Origin: Octopus sinensis
Lineage: Eukaryota
DNA: 64,000 nucleotides
NCBI RefSeq assembly: GCF_006345805.1
Contig: NC_043002.1
Coordinates: 83,576,001 to 83,640,000 of the forward strand
Reading direction: 5' to 3'
The notes beneath the pieces are model-generated. The model was given only the letters and a program-made list of their open reading frames with translations. It was not told the DNA's origin and searched no databases. Of the stretch, positions 14,432-26,130 are shown one piece after another (position 1 is the stretch's first letter; each line of letters begins with the position of its first letter). The position numbers and the translations under genes are program-made.

Positions 14432-14927
14432 TGTATAATTATAGACTGCTGATTTGATTCGCCCTCTTGGTTCGATTCAGGTATATGATGTTGATAAGCC
14501 ACAAAAATAGTGACATATTGGTATCCATCACTTCTGAATGGTATTGGAGGTGAGTTCTCTCACCTGTCTATAACTTTCAGGTGTTTTAACACCCAGCATT
14601 ATATTGAAGTTATTCCCCAATGCACTAACACATACATTGATTATGTTCAGTCAGTAATATTTATATCTATATTCGTGTTGGATTTGAACCATGTGTTCTT
14701 GAACTGACAGTGATGAAGGAATGTTTGTATTATCATAGGCTCCATTCTTGAACTTACTGTATTATACTCTATGATTAATAGATTATCTGTGGAATTTCAG
14801 TTTGGATGAATGTTTTTCTGTAAGGAAAACTGTCCACTTCTGCACATTCTGTTAGCAGATATTCACAGGAGTCCTGACTGAAGATACAGCTCAGTTTTCT
14901 AAATCCCTTTTATCTGATTGATATTTT

Positions 14928-15318
14928 TTATCTTATACTTGTTTCAGTCGACTGTGGCACCACCTTGTAGAATTTTAGTTGAATGAATCAACACTGGTAT
15001 TTATTATTTTTCTTTTTGTAAAGCCCAGCACTTATTCTATTGGTTTCTTGTTGAACTGCTAAGCTGCAGGGATGTAAACACACCAACACCAAATGTCAGG
15101 CAGTAGTGGAAGACAAACATACATACAAAGAGACACACACACAAATATATACACAACGGGCTTCTTTCCGTTTCCATCTACAAATCCACTCACAAGGCTT
15201 TGGTCAGTCCACTCACAAGGCTTTGGTCAGAAGACACTTGCCCAAGGTGCCACACAGTGGGACTGAACCTAGAATCATGTGGTTGGGAAACAAACTTCTT
15301 ACCACACAACCATGCCTA
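14928..15318 (-). mobile_element. SINE family A
   Basis: Same body. Contains a small internal duplication tccactcacaaggctttggtcag x2. Confidence 0.8.
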
Positions 15319-15851
15319 AAATTTATGACTAAAGTGTAATCTTCCAACCCATCTAGGGGAGCAGCATCAGCCTGTCCAACCCATACTAGTATGGAAAGCA
15401 GACACAAAAGAATGACAATACATACATTTCATGAAGTAGGCTTCTACACAGTTTCCACCAACTAAATTGTGCTCAGAAGGCATCAGCCAACCCAGTAGTA
15501 GAAGACAGTCAATGTGCTGTGCAGTGAGATTGAACCCAGAAATTCAAGTTACTAATTAAGTATTGCTTAAATGTATATTGTAAACTGTATAATTTTTCTT
15601 TCAGTGAACCAAAATATTTTAAGTGTTAAAAGCAACATAAAATTCTTTGTACATCAACAATAGAAATATTTCAGTATCCAGTTCTTCATGTTGTATAAGA
15701 ATTTCTCTTTAGCCCCCAGGTCAGTTGGGTTTTGAGCAAATATGTAATCGAAGGTATTTTGGCTGTGATGATTCCATCTTTTTAAGACTACATTAGCTTG
15801 CAGTTGAACATCAGCCAGCAATGCTAAAGACATAACCCAATTCTTATAGGT

Positions 15852-16145
15852 CAATGCTTCTCAAAGCAGGTGGTACCATTTCCTGGAGGTTAGATAGTAA
15901 TGGGGTGATTGTCCTGATTGTCAATTTTTATTCTGTTTAAGAAGCATCAAGTTGTATTTATAGTTATTAGTGGTTAAAGTGTTATTTTGGCATACCATAA
16001 TATATTAATGAAATTGGAAGCTTTGCACAGTAAACCTTTAATGACTGTCTCTAACTTTATGTGATGTCGTTTTATTGAAGCATGGCAAGGTGTTGAAAAA
16101 GTGTTATTGTAAGAAGCAATACTTGTAAAGTTTTGAGAAACACTG
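15852..16145. mobile_element. Old hAT/Charlie-like MITE
   Basis: Termini caatgcttctcaaa ... ttttgagaaacactg; TSD decayed. Confidence 0.5.
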
Positions 16146-16204
16146 CTCTAGACCAAACCATTTGTAAAAACAAAAGAATTATCTGATGTCCTTAAGTTAT
16201 TAAG

Positions 16205-16560
16205 TCATCATCATCATCGTTTAACGTCTGCTTTCCATGGTAGCATGGGTTGGACGATTTTGACAGGGCTGGCGAACCAGATGGCTGCACCAGGCTCCAG
16301 TCTTGATTTGGCAGAGTTTCTACAGCTGGATGCCCTTCCTAACGCCAACCACTCCGAGAGTGTAGTGGGTACTTTTTACATACCACCGGCATGGGGGCCA
16401 GTCAGGCGGTACTGGCAACAACCTCGCTCGAATCTTTTTACACATGCCACCAGCACAGGTGCCAGTAAGGCGACATTGGTAACGAACGATCACGCTCGAA
16501 TGGTGCCTGTTTATGTGCCACTGGCATGGAAGCCAGCTGGCTGCTTTAGCAACAATCACA
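16205..16560 (-). mobile_element. SINE-like repeat family C
   Basis: Homologous to 12355-12745. Confidence 0.75.
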
Positions 16561-17254
16561 AACATTCATTTATCTAATCAAATATTAATCCTTTCTACTA
16601 TAGGCACAAGACCTGTCAGTAGGGTATAATTTGAGGGAGAATTGGCTGTTATTGTTAGCTGGTCAAATAGCTACATTAATGCTCTATCTTAATGACAGAT
16701 TGTAAGTGCATGGCAGAGATTGTCAGCACTTTCAACCTGGTTACAGCTATCTCATCCAGTATGAGCCAAACCATAGGATCAGACCTGTATGCTTGATTCA
16801 GTTCTAATGCCAACTGGTAGAATCATTAGCATACCAGACAAAATGCTAAGTGACATTTCTTTGGCTTTTTATTCTGAGCACAAATTGTATGAAGGTCAAC
16901 TTTGCCTTTCATCCCTTTGAGCTCAATAAAATAACAGATGCACATTGGGGACAATTTAATTGACTAGATCTCCACTCCATTTTCAGGCCTTGTACCTATG
17001 GGAGAAAGAATTACCGTTATTATTATGAGTTTTGGGGTTGATGAAAGGAGTACCAGTTTTTCACTGGGGTTAATGTATTTGACTTAGCCCTCTCCTTCAA
17101 GCTTGCTAGCCATGTTCCAAAATGTGAAATTATTATGAGTTTGATCTGGAAGAAGTGGTTGTGTTCTAGTCTTTGCAGGTTCATTAAGAGTGATACTGTT
17201 AATGTTTCACTTGAATTATTGCTGGTCAACATTTGCAAGAAAGGTATTCCACCA

Positions 17255-17472
17255 GGCGGCGAGCTGGCAGAAACGTTAGCACGCCGGGCGAAATGCGTAG
17301 CTGTATTTCGTCTGCTGTTACATTCTGGGTTCAAATTCCGCCGAGGTCGACTTTGCCTTTCATCCTTTCGGGGGTCGATAAATTAAGTACCAGTTACGCA
17401 CTGGGGTCAATATAATTGACTTAATCCGTTTGTCCTCTCTGTGTTTAGCCCCATTGTGGGTAGTAAAGAAAT
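17255..17472 (+). mobile_element. SINE family B, full copy with 13-bp TSD
   Basis: GGCGGCGAGCTGGCAGAAACG A-box-like head, GGTTCAAATTCC B-box, TSD AGGTATTCCACCA at 17242-17254 and 17473-17485. Confidence 0.9.
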
Positions 17473-17929
17473 AGGTATTCCACCACCAAGACCAATGTTC
17501 TGCAAAGATAAAACCTGACTATTGAGTGTATCGGTTAATGCAGAGCCTGATAGATTGAGCATTGTAGAGCTAGTTAGTGGAGGATGGGTAGAATGAGACT
17601 AGCCAGCTCCAAGAAGCAGAAGCCATTGTAGTAGCAGTAGGAAAGGTAGAGAGAGGACACAGCACATCTGTGGACCAAAGGTTGGTGAATGTGGTATCTA
17701 ACAGACTTAGTTTGTTACATACTGGACATGGTTTGTAGTTGCCAATGGAATGTGTACAGTCAGTAGATAATGCTATAGTTGTTGGGCCAATGTTCCTCAC
17801 AACTTATTCGAAAAGGTTAGGATGAAAAGAATGGTTTGTATATAACTGAAGTGTTGAGTGACTCCCTTTCTATGAGTAGGATGGAATGGGAGCATTTGGT
17901 CATTTAAATTTTACCGTCATTTAATATTG

Positions 17930-18126
17930 TTCTCAAATTTTGGCACAAGGCCGGCAATTTCAGGGGGTGACTAAATTGAGTAGATCAACGCTAGTGCCCA
18001 ACTGGTACTTATTTTATTGACCCTGAAAAGATGAAAAGCAAAGTCAGTCCCTGCAGCATTGGAACTCTGAGCATAAAGACAAACGAAAATGCTGCTAGGC
18101 ATGCTCATGATTCTGCCAGCTCACCG
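17930..18126 (-). mobile_element. SINE family B, degenerate
   Basis: Reverse complement of the family B body and head. Confidence 0.65.
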
Positions 18127-18642
18127 AGTTGCTCTTGGGTTTCAGGTTGCTGTTTGAAACTTTTGCTCAGTGTTGGTATCTAGTGGCAATTGACTTAATC
18201 CTTTCATTATTTTTTAAAATTTTATTCTAATAGGTTAATGTAAGAGAGAAAGTGCACATGATTTGTGTGTCACATTCCCAAATCGATGGTAATAATGTGG
18301 CTGCTATTCAGTTTGAATATTTGTAGGACGATATCTTCAAGAAAATCCTGGACAGGAGAGAATTCCAGAGGTTGTATTTCTGGGGAAAAGTATTTGGATA
18401 AAGTGTTTTGTGCAGGATCTGAGAGGTGCGAGACAGTAGGAATGATAAGAGGAGGAAGAAGGGTAGATGTATCTATGGACATTTTGTGATATAAATCATA
18501 GCATGTTTGTTTCGTAAGCAAAGGGATCTATGTTTCCATTGTGGGGTTTGGTGTCTTTTTTTTTTTTTTAATAAATTCAGTGAGTGGTAGAATAAGCTCA
18601 AATCCTGCAAAGGTCAGGCTCATACAGGTAGATCAACAAAAT

Positions 18643-19201
18643 AAGTACCAATAATTAACAGTATACTACTTTAAATGGTAATATACTGTTCAAAGAAGCA
18701 GGAAATTTGCAGTAGAAGAGTCTGAGACAGAGGAGAAAAAATTCATCTGTGAGTTAATGGTTATAAGTTACAGGTCTTTTAGATTCTGAGTTCCCATCAC
18801 AAGAAGATCAATTTTAGCATTCTTCCATCCAGCGTCAATATGATATTACTATATGATGCCCAAGTTGTGAAAGAAATTATAACAGAAGTCTAAATCCAAG
18901 ATTCTTCATTAACTCTATGCATCTCTTCATATACAATCCAGAATATTTTATAGATCCAGACAGCTTTAGAGTTAAAGCCATCACTCTGAGTTTTTTGGGG
19001 TTTTTTTTGTATTTCTATTTAATTACTTTTCCAACTTTAAGTGGTAATTATCAGAAAGGATTATTCTTTGCATAAACATCATATTAAAAAAAATTATTTC
19101 TTTTTCTTTTTCACTGGTTATTCTACTGCTACTACAATTTTCCTGCTCCTTTGAACAGTATATTACTGTTTAAAGTAATATACTGTTTATCATTGGTACT
19201 T
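18643..19201. repeat. Inverted repeat pair (~75 bp arms, ~410 bp spacer), MITE/foldback-like
   Basis: 18643-18715 is the imperfect reverse complement of 19128-19201. Each arm holds a hairpin of the form AACAGTATATTAC..GTAATATACTGTT. Confidence 0.75.
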
Positions 19202-19982
19202 TGGCTATGCTAGGGCACCATCTCTCAATAACTTATTTAAAATAAAAAGACAATGGAAACAAGCCTAGCTCCCTTTGTTTACAAGACAAACTCAAACATT
19301 GTCTTTACTGGCTCAAACATCAAAGTCACTTTCAATAATATTCTTAAGAATACATACATAATGTGTGTGTTGTGTAGACATGACAGATATCTTTCTCCCC
19401 AAATTTCACTCCCTAGGTATCGGTCAACCAGAAGCTAAAGTAGAAGAGGCTTGTCTATGGTCCTTCACAGTGAAACTGAATTCAGAACTGCATGGTCACT
19501 CACCATATTTATTAACCACACAGCCATATACGTTGTTTATTAATATAAAATAGTCGTGAAGAGTCTGAATTTTGCAGCAGAAATCTTGATGAGAGTATAT
19601 CTGCCAACTGTTAGATTTACCAAAGAGAAACAAAAATAAAATCGCCAAAGCAATATTTGAGAATAATATAGCGTAGTTGTTTTTTAGACTCAGGTCAACT
19701 CTGAGCAGGCTTATGATCAGTGGTATTTCCATTGTTATCGTTTTCACGCCAGCTTTTTCCTGTTAGTATGGCTTGGATATGACATTTTGGGACAGTGCAG
19801 TCGATATTTTGGGTTCTGCTATCAGTAGAACAATAAACGGTGTAATATTTAATTTGCTGAATAAAAAAAAAGGGGGAAGTGTACAAATAACTACATACTA
19901 ATCATAATAATAATAGTTTTAATTCAGACAGACATCCCTTCATCAGCTGTTCTGTTGGAAATTTTTGTAGTTTCAGTACCTA

Positions 19983-20215
19983 GCAATAAATAAACGAAAA
20001 GGGACAGTATTTATCAAGCAAACCAACCAATTAAATTTCAACTAACATGAAACATTACGATCCCTTATTTCCAAATTGGAAGCATAAGTGTTACCTTTAC
20101 CACCGAGACTAGCATAGTCAAAGTATATAATCTATCTGGAAAAAGATTAAAACCTAAAATCCTTATGATTAAAAGGTTAAACAAACATTCTACTAGAGCT
20201 TAATAATTATAATTA
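19983..20215. repeat. Dispersed direct duplication, copy 1 (copy 2 at 23347-23601)
   Basis: Colinear ~230-250 bp similarity, highest around a 41-nt exon-like segment on the minus strand. Confidence 0.85.
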
Positions 20216-20291
20216 AGCAAGGAAAATAAACAAATATTATCCGCAGTGAAAATGAACTCTACAGGGCAAATATATCCCAAACATATTTTCA

Positions 20292-20590
20292 TCTTTTGTT
20301 TTTTTCAGCTCAAATACTTGTGGCCATGCTGGAGGCCCGCCAGTGTCATCACCTTTGCAGTGGTCATTCTTATGCAGTTAACTTTTTGGGAAGGAGGGAA
20401 TTGCCCTCTTTTAAGTTTCTTGCCATGATATGGGTTCATCTGGGACCTTGGCCAGCTAGACATCAAGTTGTTTTTTGAAAACATCTATCCGTACTCCACG
20501 AAGATCCCTGAGATGTTTTGGCAAGGCATTAAAGCGCTTTGGGTCGTTTAATCCCAAGCTACTTTAGTACATGGTCCTCACTCAATACGA
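20292..20590 (-). mobile_element. CR1/L2-group LINE ORF2 3' end, pseudogenised
   Basis: Minus strand reads SLGLNDPKRFNALPKHLRDLRGVRIDVFKKQLDV*LAKVPDEP, followed by a 3' UTR ending ggcgggcctccagcatggccac...ctgaaa. Confidence 0.75.
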
Positions 20591-20908
20591 TATATATATA
20601 TATATAATGAGTATATACGGCATCCATATATATATGTGTGTGACTTAATAAACAGGACTAATTTAACTGTTTTTCCGTAGATTAGGGAAAAAAATGATGA
20701 ACCTAAATCGATTTTTGAATCTTATTGGGATTTTCATCAGAGGCGTCAAAATCAATTCGATCAATTCCAGAGAAGCAAGCAGCCAATCTATTTATATACT
20801 CAACTATTCCAGTAGTTAAAGAAAAGTAGAGCTACTAATTTGCATACTCTAAGTTTTAACACTTTATTTTAAATAGATGCCTGTCAACGGATATATATAT
20901 ATATTTAA

Positions 20909-20953
<45 letters not shown>

Positions 20954-21309
20954 AGAGAGAGAGAGCAAGCAAAAATGCTAGTTCTAAAATCTCTCTTAGA
21001 GATCAACGCAGTAGTTGTACTGACAAATAATATTCGTAGCCCCTGGTCCCATCGCAATTTTAACCAGCTAGAGGAGATGTCCTCTTGAGGTTAAAAAATC
21101 GCATTAGAGACCACTTGAACGGACAGACATGTTAATATGGTTACGAATATTATATATATATATATAAATTAGAGAAAAACCACTATTATGCAATTCATAT
21201 ACAATGATAGACATAAACCTAATCATAAATAAAAAATATATTTTTTTAAACATATAACTAGATCACAAAAAATATAAATATGAACAATCAATACATAATA
21301 AGTAAAAAA

Positions 21310-21409
21310 AACTACGTACGTTTCATGGTTATAATTAAATTAGAATTACAATTAAATTGAATTTAATCGAAGATCAATTCAATTTAAAATTATAGTCACT
21401 CTTCAGGTT
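21310..21409 (-). ncRNA. Type-I hammerhead ribozyme motif with extended stem II
   Basis: Minus strand: AAC-CUGAAGA-GUGACUAUAAUU...AAUUAUAACCAU-GAAA-CGUACG-UA-GUU. Palindromic stem III ACGUACGU, GUA cleavage triplet, short stem I AAC/GUU. Confidence 0.7.
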
Positions 21410-21798
21410 AACAATAATAGTTAAATAAATAAGCAAACAGATTTATACAATATTTATTTCAAATAATAAAATAATGATTTTTCTTATAGAAGAAACTCTA
21501 TTAACTAAATTTGAAACTTAAAACATTAGGACCAGTTGCCTCCTATACATTTATTATGTTAAATATTTAAGGTAAAGAATTGAGTAAATAGATAGAAAAA
21601 TGTATCTATCTGTGAAGATATAAATTAGCTTAATAAAAAAATACATTTTCTATCTATTTACCTTAAATATTTAACATAATAAATGTATAGTAGGCAACTG
21701 GTCCTAATGTTTTAAATTTAGTTAATAGAGTTTCTTCTATAAGAAAAATCATTATTTATTTTTTCAATAAATATTGTTTAAATCTATTTGCTTATTTA

Positions 21799-22059
21799 CG
21801 GGGTCATTCCGAAAAGCTCTACCTGCGACGATTTCATCTCAATCGAAGGAGAGGAGCTTTCTCCGTCCGGGTTGCGGATCCGTGGAACAAGCTGCCAGAC
21901 GAGATGGTGAAGATGCCGACGACCGCTTTGTTCAAAGCCTCCCTTGACCTCAAGTGGCCTGAACTCTTTACATGAACACCACCCTGTACTTAACGCCATG
22001 TCCCCCTACATGGCCTTGCTATTTGCTTTTGAACCAAATTAACTAACTAACTAACTAAC
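21799..22059 (+). mobile_element. 5'-truncated CR1 LINE (ORF2 C-terminus, 3' UTR, (TAAC)n tail)
   Basis: Reads RGHSEKLYLRRFHLNRRRGAFSVRVADPWNKLPDEMVKMPTTALFKASLDLKW..., the classic CR1 RGH..KL...FS.RV...WN.LP...FK..LD motif. GC-rich island inside the AT-rich arm. Confidence 0.9.
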
Positions 22060-22074
22060 TTAACTATTATTGTT

Positions 22075-22156
22075 AACCTGAAGAGTGACTATAATTTTAA
22101 ATTGAATTGATTTTCGATTAATCTAATTTAATTATAGCCATGAAAAGTACGTAGTT
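22075..22156 (+). ncRNA. Hammerhead motif, mirror copy, probably inactivated
   Basis: AAC-CUGAAGA-GUGACUAUAAUU...AAUUAUAGCCAU-GAAA-AGUACG-UA-GUU. The C-to-A change after GAAA breaks stem III. Confidence 0.55.
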
Positions 22157-22377
22157 TTTTTTTACTTATTATATATTGATTATTCATTTTTATACTGTTT
22201 GTAATCTAGTTATATGTTTAAAAAAATATATTTTTTATTTATGATTAGGTTTATGTCTATCATTGTATAAATTGCATAATAGTGATTTTTCTCTAATTCA
22301 TATATTATATATTTATATTGTGAAATTTGATTTAATACTAAATTGAATTTTCCCTGTAAGTCTGGAGTTATACTCCC

Positions 22378-22418
<41 letters not shown>

Positions 22419-23827
22419 AGCCTAACATAGCGTAACTCGGAAGAACTGAAATAAATTCAGATATTAAAAAGCCTTATTGTGGACTGAATAAAAATGTAGA
22501 TTTATTCATTCTATATTACTGAATTTATGAAAACAGAAGTCGCCTGACGGACAATTTAACGGTTGGTTGATCACTTCTCGGAAAAGTTATCCAGTCTCCT
22601 TCCTTAATGTATAGCATAAATCAGCTACTTATAGTCATGAAATAGTCTAGCACTGTGGTGAATAGGCAAATTTGCATATTTGTGCCTTTGAATAAATTTG
22701 AATTTATTTCAGTTTTGATTAAGGCGGCATTTTGCATAAATGGATGTTGTGAAATTAATAATAAACCGCCAAAAGCAGATATGCAAATTAGGCTATCCAC
22801 CACAGCAGTTCGTACATCTACAATATAGAAAGAATGTATTTACATTTCTATTCAGTTCACAGTGTGGCTTTATAATGTTAACACATTAATTTATGTTTTA
22901 TTTTATGTCAAGTTACATATAAAAACAATTTAACATTAAATCAAAGAATTACTTTTAGTGGAGACTCTGAGATTGTATATATTATTGACGGGAGATTCAG
23001 CTGTTACTGCACTGCTGAACATCTGCCACTGAGGAACCCATAGCAGGGTGAAATCACGTGATCTGGCAGTTCCGGCAGCCACAGCAGTCGCTTCTTGTCT
23101 GTCAACGGCAGAATTTCGAGTGTTTTTATGCATCAGCAGTCCATATGGAGGATCCTCTGGAGGTGAATAATGCAGTATTCTGTGTCCTAACATAACCTCT
23201 ACTTTTATAAAGAAAAACGCTCATTTTACAATAACTGAAATTTAAAAGGAAAAACATTAGACTAGTGCGGCGTAACAAACACTAATGAGTAAAAGAAACA
23301 GACAAATTGTTGCTGAGAACGTTTATGTATTATTTACTACTAAGACGCAATAAATAAAACGAAAAAGGACAGTATGTAAGTGTTTATTAAGCAAACCAAT
23401 CGGTTTAATTACAACCAACATGAAGACAAATCACGAACCTTTATTACCAAGTTGGTAGCACAAGTGTTACCTTTACCAGCGAGACTAGCTTAGTCAAAAT
23501 ATATAATCTATCTGGAAAAAGATTAAAACCTAAAATCACCACGATTAAAAGAAATTAAAAGGTTAAGCGAACATTCTATTAGAGTTTAATAATTGCAATT
23601 ATTGGAGATCAAAATTACTTTTTGACACGTATGTGTGTGTGTGTTTGTCTCTCACCACCACTTGACAATCGGTGTTGATATTGATGTATGTTATCCTTGT
23701 AACTTAGCGGTTCAGCAAAAGGGTTAAATAGAATAAATTCCAGGCTTTAATATATGTATATATATATATATATATATATGAAAAAACAAGTAAAAAATAG
23801 AAAATGCTAAAATAATTTTATAGTGAA

Positions 23828-23875
23828 CATTTCAGTACCGGTTTCGGTCATTTTGAGACCTTTTCAACTGTAACG
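23828..23875 (-). ncRNA. Minimal hammerhead motif with U3-A8 core variant
   Basis: Minus strand: CGUUACAG-UUGAAAA-GGUC-UCAAAAU-GACC-GAAA-CCGG-UA-CUGAAAUG. Stem I 7/8 paired, 4-bp stem II, palindromic stem III; ~50 bp from a (TA)n tract. Confidence 0.65.
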
Positions 23876-23990
23876 ATTAAATAATTAAATTTAGAAAAAT
23901 TAGAAGAAAAGTTTTTTTAAAAGAATATTTCTATAGTAGTGTTCAGATTTAAGTGGCATTCTGCCTTTCTCTGACTCCCTTGTTTGCACT

Positions 23991-24045
<55 letters not shown>

Positions 24046-25865
24046 GATCTAGTCTTTTCCATTCGCAAAATGAACTATCTTTAATTTTGGTGTATCGATG
24101 CAACACTTGGAATTTTGATTACGATCAACCCTTATCTCGTAATCAAACTTTTATCTCGTAAATTATCAGACTTTGCCTCGGAAATTAATGAATCTGATGT
24201 CATTTGGAATTAAAGTTGGGAAATTTGGGTAATTTTAGCCAATCAACAGACAACGTGGCATTAGCACGCTGTGCTGTGGTTCACTATCTGTACCGTACGT
24301 TGTTCTATGTTGGTTTTTCACACTTGATTCTTCACACCACGAGATTCTTTTCACCCGCGTGTTTTGTTTTAATTTTTCTGTGTTAGTATATTACATATTT
24401 TTCTGTGCTTCTGTGTGTTAGTACTTTTTGTGCTTTTTTCTATCTGTTAGTATTTTTACATATTTTTCATTTGATATATTTTTGGGACTCATTGACTCTG
24501 ATAGCTGGATTTATGATTTCACTAGGTTAATTCTATTCATAAAAATTAAAAATTAGGAGTATTTCTTAAACTGTTAGCTTCACATTTCAGTTGTTTAACT
24601 GAAATTTAGCCTATGTAACTGGAACTGAGAGGGATATTGTGGAACAGAGAAACTGTGGGTGATACAGATATAATGGAAAAGGGTGTAGCAAAAGATGTTG
24701 AGGGAGCAGATGAAATAGGCATGTGGATGACGTCAAAGTAAAACAGCACGAAAACATCGGATTGTAGTTTAAATAATTTATTTAAACGACACTTGCATTT
24801 GCTTGTTGTATACACCAAATATTAAACTACATCACATTACCAACTGCCTTGAGCTGGTCGAGAAGAAATTAATATGGTAAATACTGTGTTGATATGATTG
24901 GGTAGAACCGGACATGTTTTGTGTCTGTGTGTGCGTTGGTCATTCGGTGGTGTCTGTTTATGCCCTGCGACTGCTACTGTCATTCCTGTTGAATATCGGA
25001 ATCTGTGTTACCTGTTTAACTGGCGAAGTTACTTGCTGGCTTTCTCGTGGCTATATATATATATATATATCTCCGTCTGTCTTCCTTTGACGGATTGCTG
25101 TATTTATGATGGTCGTGACAGCTAGAAGGACAGACATACCACAGGAGTAATTCCTACCTATGTGGGTCGCTTCCTGTCCACTTGAATCTTAAAAGACACG
25201 GCTGAGATCGAAGGGAAACTATCCATCATTTTTTGACAGGACACAGAAATTTCTTTCGTGTCTGTTTGGCCTGTGGTGGATCTGACGAACAAGAATCCTT
25301 AGATTCGGTTTCGAACCTCAGCTCGGAAAAAAAGAAGTGCTAGTTTTTTCACAGATAATTTGACATTTTTGAATCCTGCATGCAAAAACATATAAGTTAC
25401 AGGTATTCTTTTCCTTGGGAAAAAATTCTTTGTTGACAAGTGTTACCTTTATCGTAGTTTTCAAATCCAGGCATGAAAACACTATTCAACTTTGATGTTT
25501 TGGAAACAGACGCCCCTTTTTCACAAAAATGCGCGCACATATTCTAATGAGGCACACAAATACATGACAGGTAATCATAATACTGAAATACGCATAAAGT
25601 AAAAACCTGCAGACAAATATATTAATATTACAAATTTAAAAAATAACAAAAGCATATAATCCAGTGCTTTTCAAACTTTTTGCTGGAGCGGAACCCCAAG
25701 GAAACATTCCATCGGCTCGAGGAACCCCTGTGCAATAATCAACCCCGTACATCCGTACATTCGAGACGGATTGGGAGCGTTTACGCAGTAGCTTCATCTG
25801 CTAGAGATAGCAGCCAAATTTATCCAGCTGTTGCATGGATAAAAGATTTAGAATAAAATAAACCA

Positions 25866-26050
25866 CAGGCGCAGGTATGATGGCTGGATGGTAAGATTGC
25901 AGCTTCCCCAACCACATGGGTTCAGTCCCACTGCGTGGCACCTTGAGGAAGTGTCTTCTACTATAGCCACGGACCGACCGAAGCGTTGAGAGGGGATTTG
26001 GTAGACGGAAACTCATAGAAGCCCGTCGTGTGTATGTGTGTGTGTGTATG
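25866..26050 (+). mobile_element. SINE family A, 5' half
   Basis: Head and CORE-like gtggcaccttgaggaagtgtctt, ending at its internal microsatellite. Confidence 0.8.
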
Positions 26051-26051
26051 A

Positions 26052-26125
<74 letters not shown>

Positions 26126-26130
26126 TATAT

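Larger units (their letters stand above)
21167..22380. mobile_element. Large AT-rich foldback element with a hammerhead motif in each arm (Penelope-derived, inferred)
   Basis: Arms ~21167-21605 and ~21640-22298 are reverse complements (right arm interrupted by a LINE). Unique tail to ~22380; flanked by (TA)n and (ATT)n. Confidence 0.8.

Noticed and set aside
17500-18560. Possible Penelope RT/linker remnants on the minus strand (also 52300-52650 on plus)
   Set aside because: Only faint motif resemblance (CPVC..TTFTN, SSYHS); too degenerate to call by eye.
19930-19965. Minus-strand CAGCTGATGAAGGG as a hammerhead
   Set aside because: No GAAA or stem III partner follows; at most a truncated remnant.
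22936-23193. 85-aa minus-strand ORF with coding-like composition
   Set aside because: No recognisable motif and no convincing splice sites.
25278-25320. CTGACGA...GAATC/GATTC hairpin as a hammerhead
   Set aside because: Lacks GAAA and properly spaced stems.
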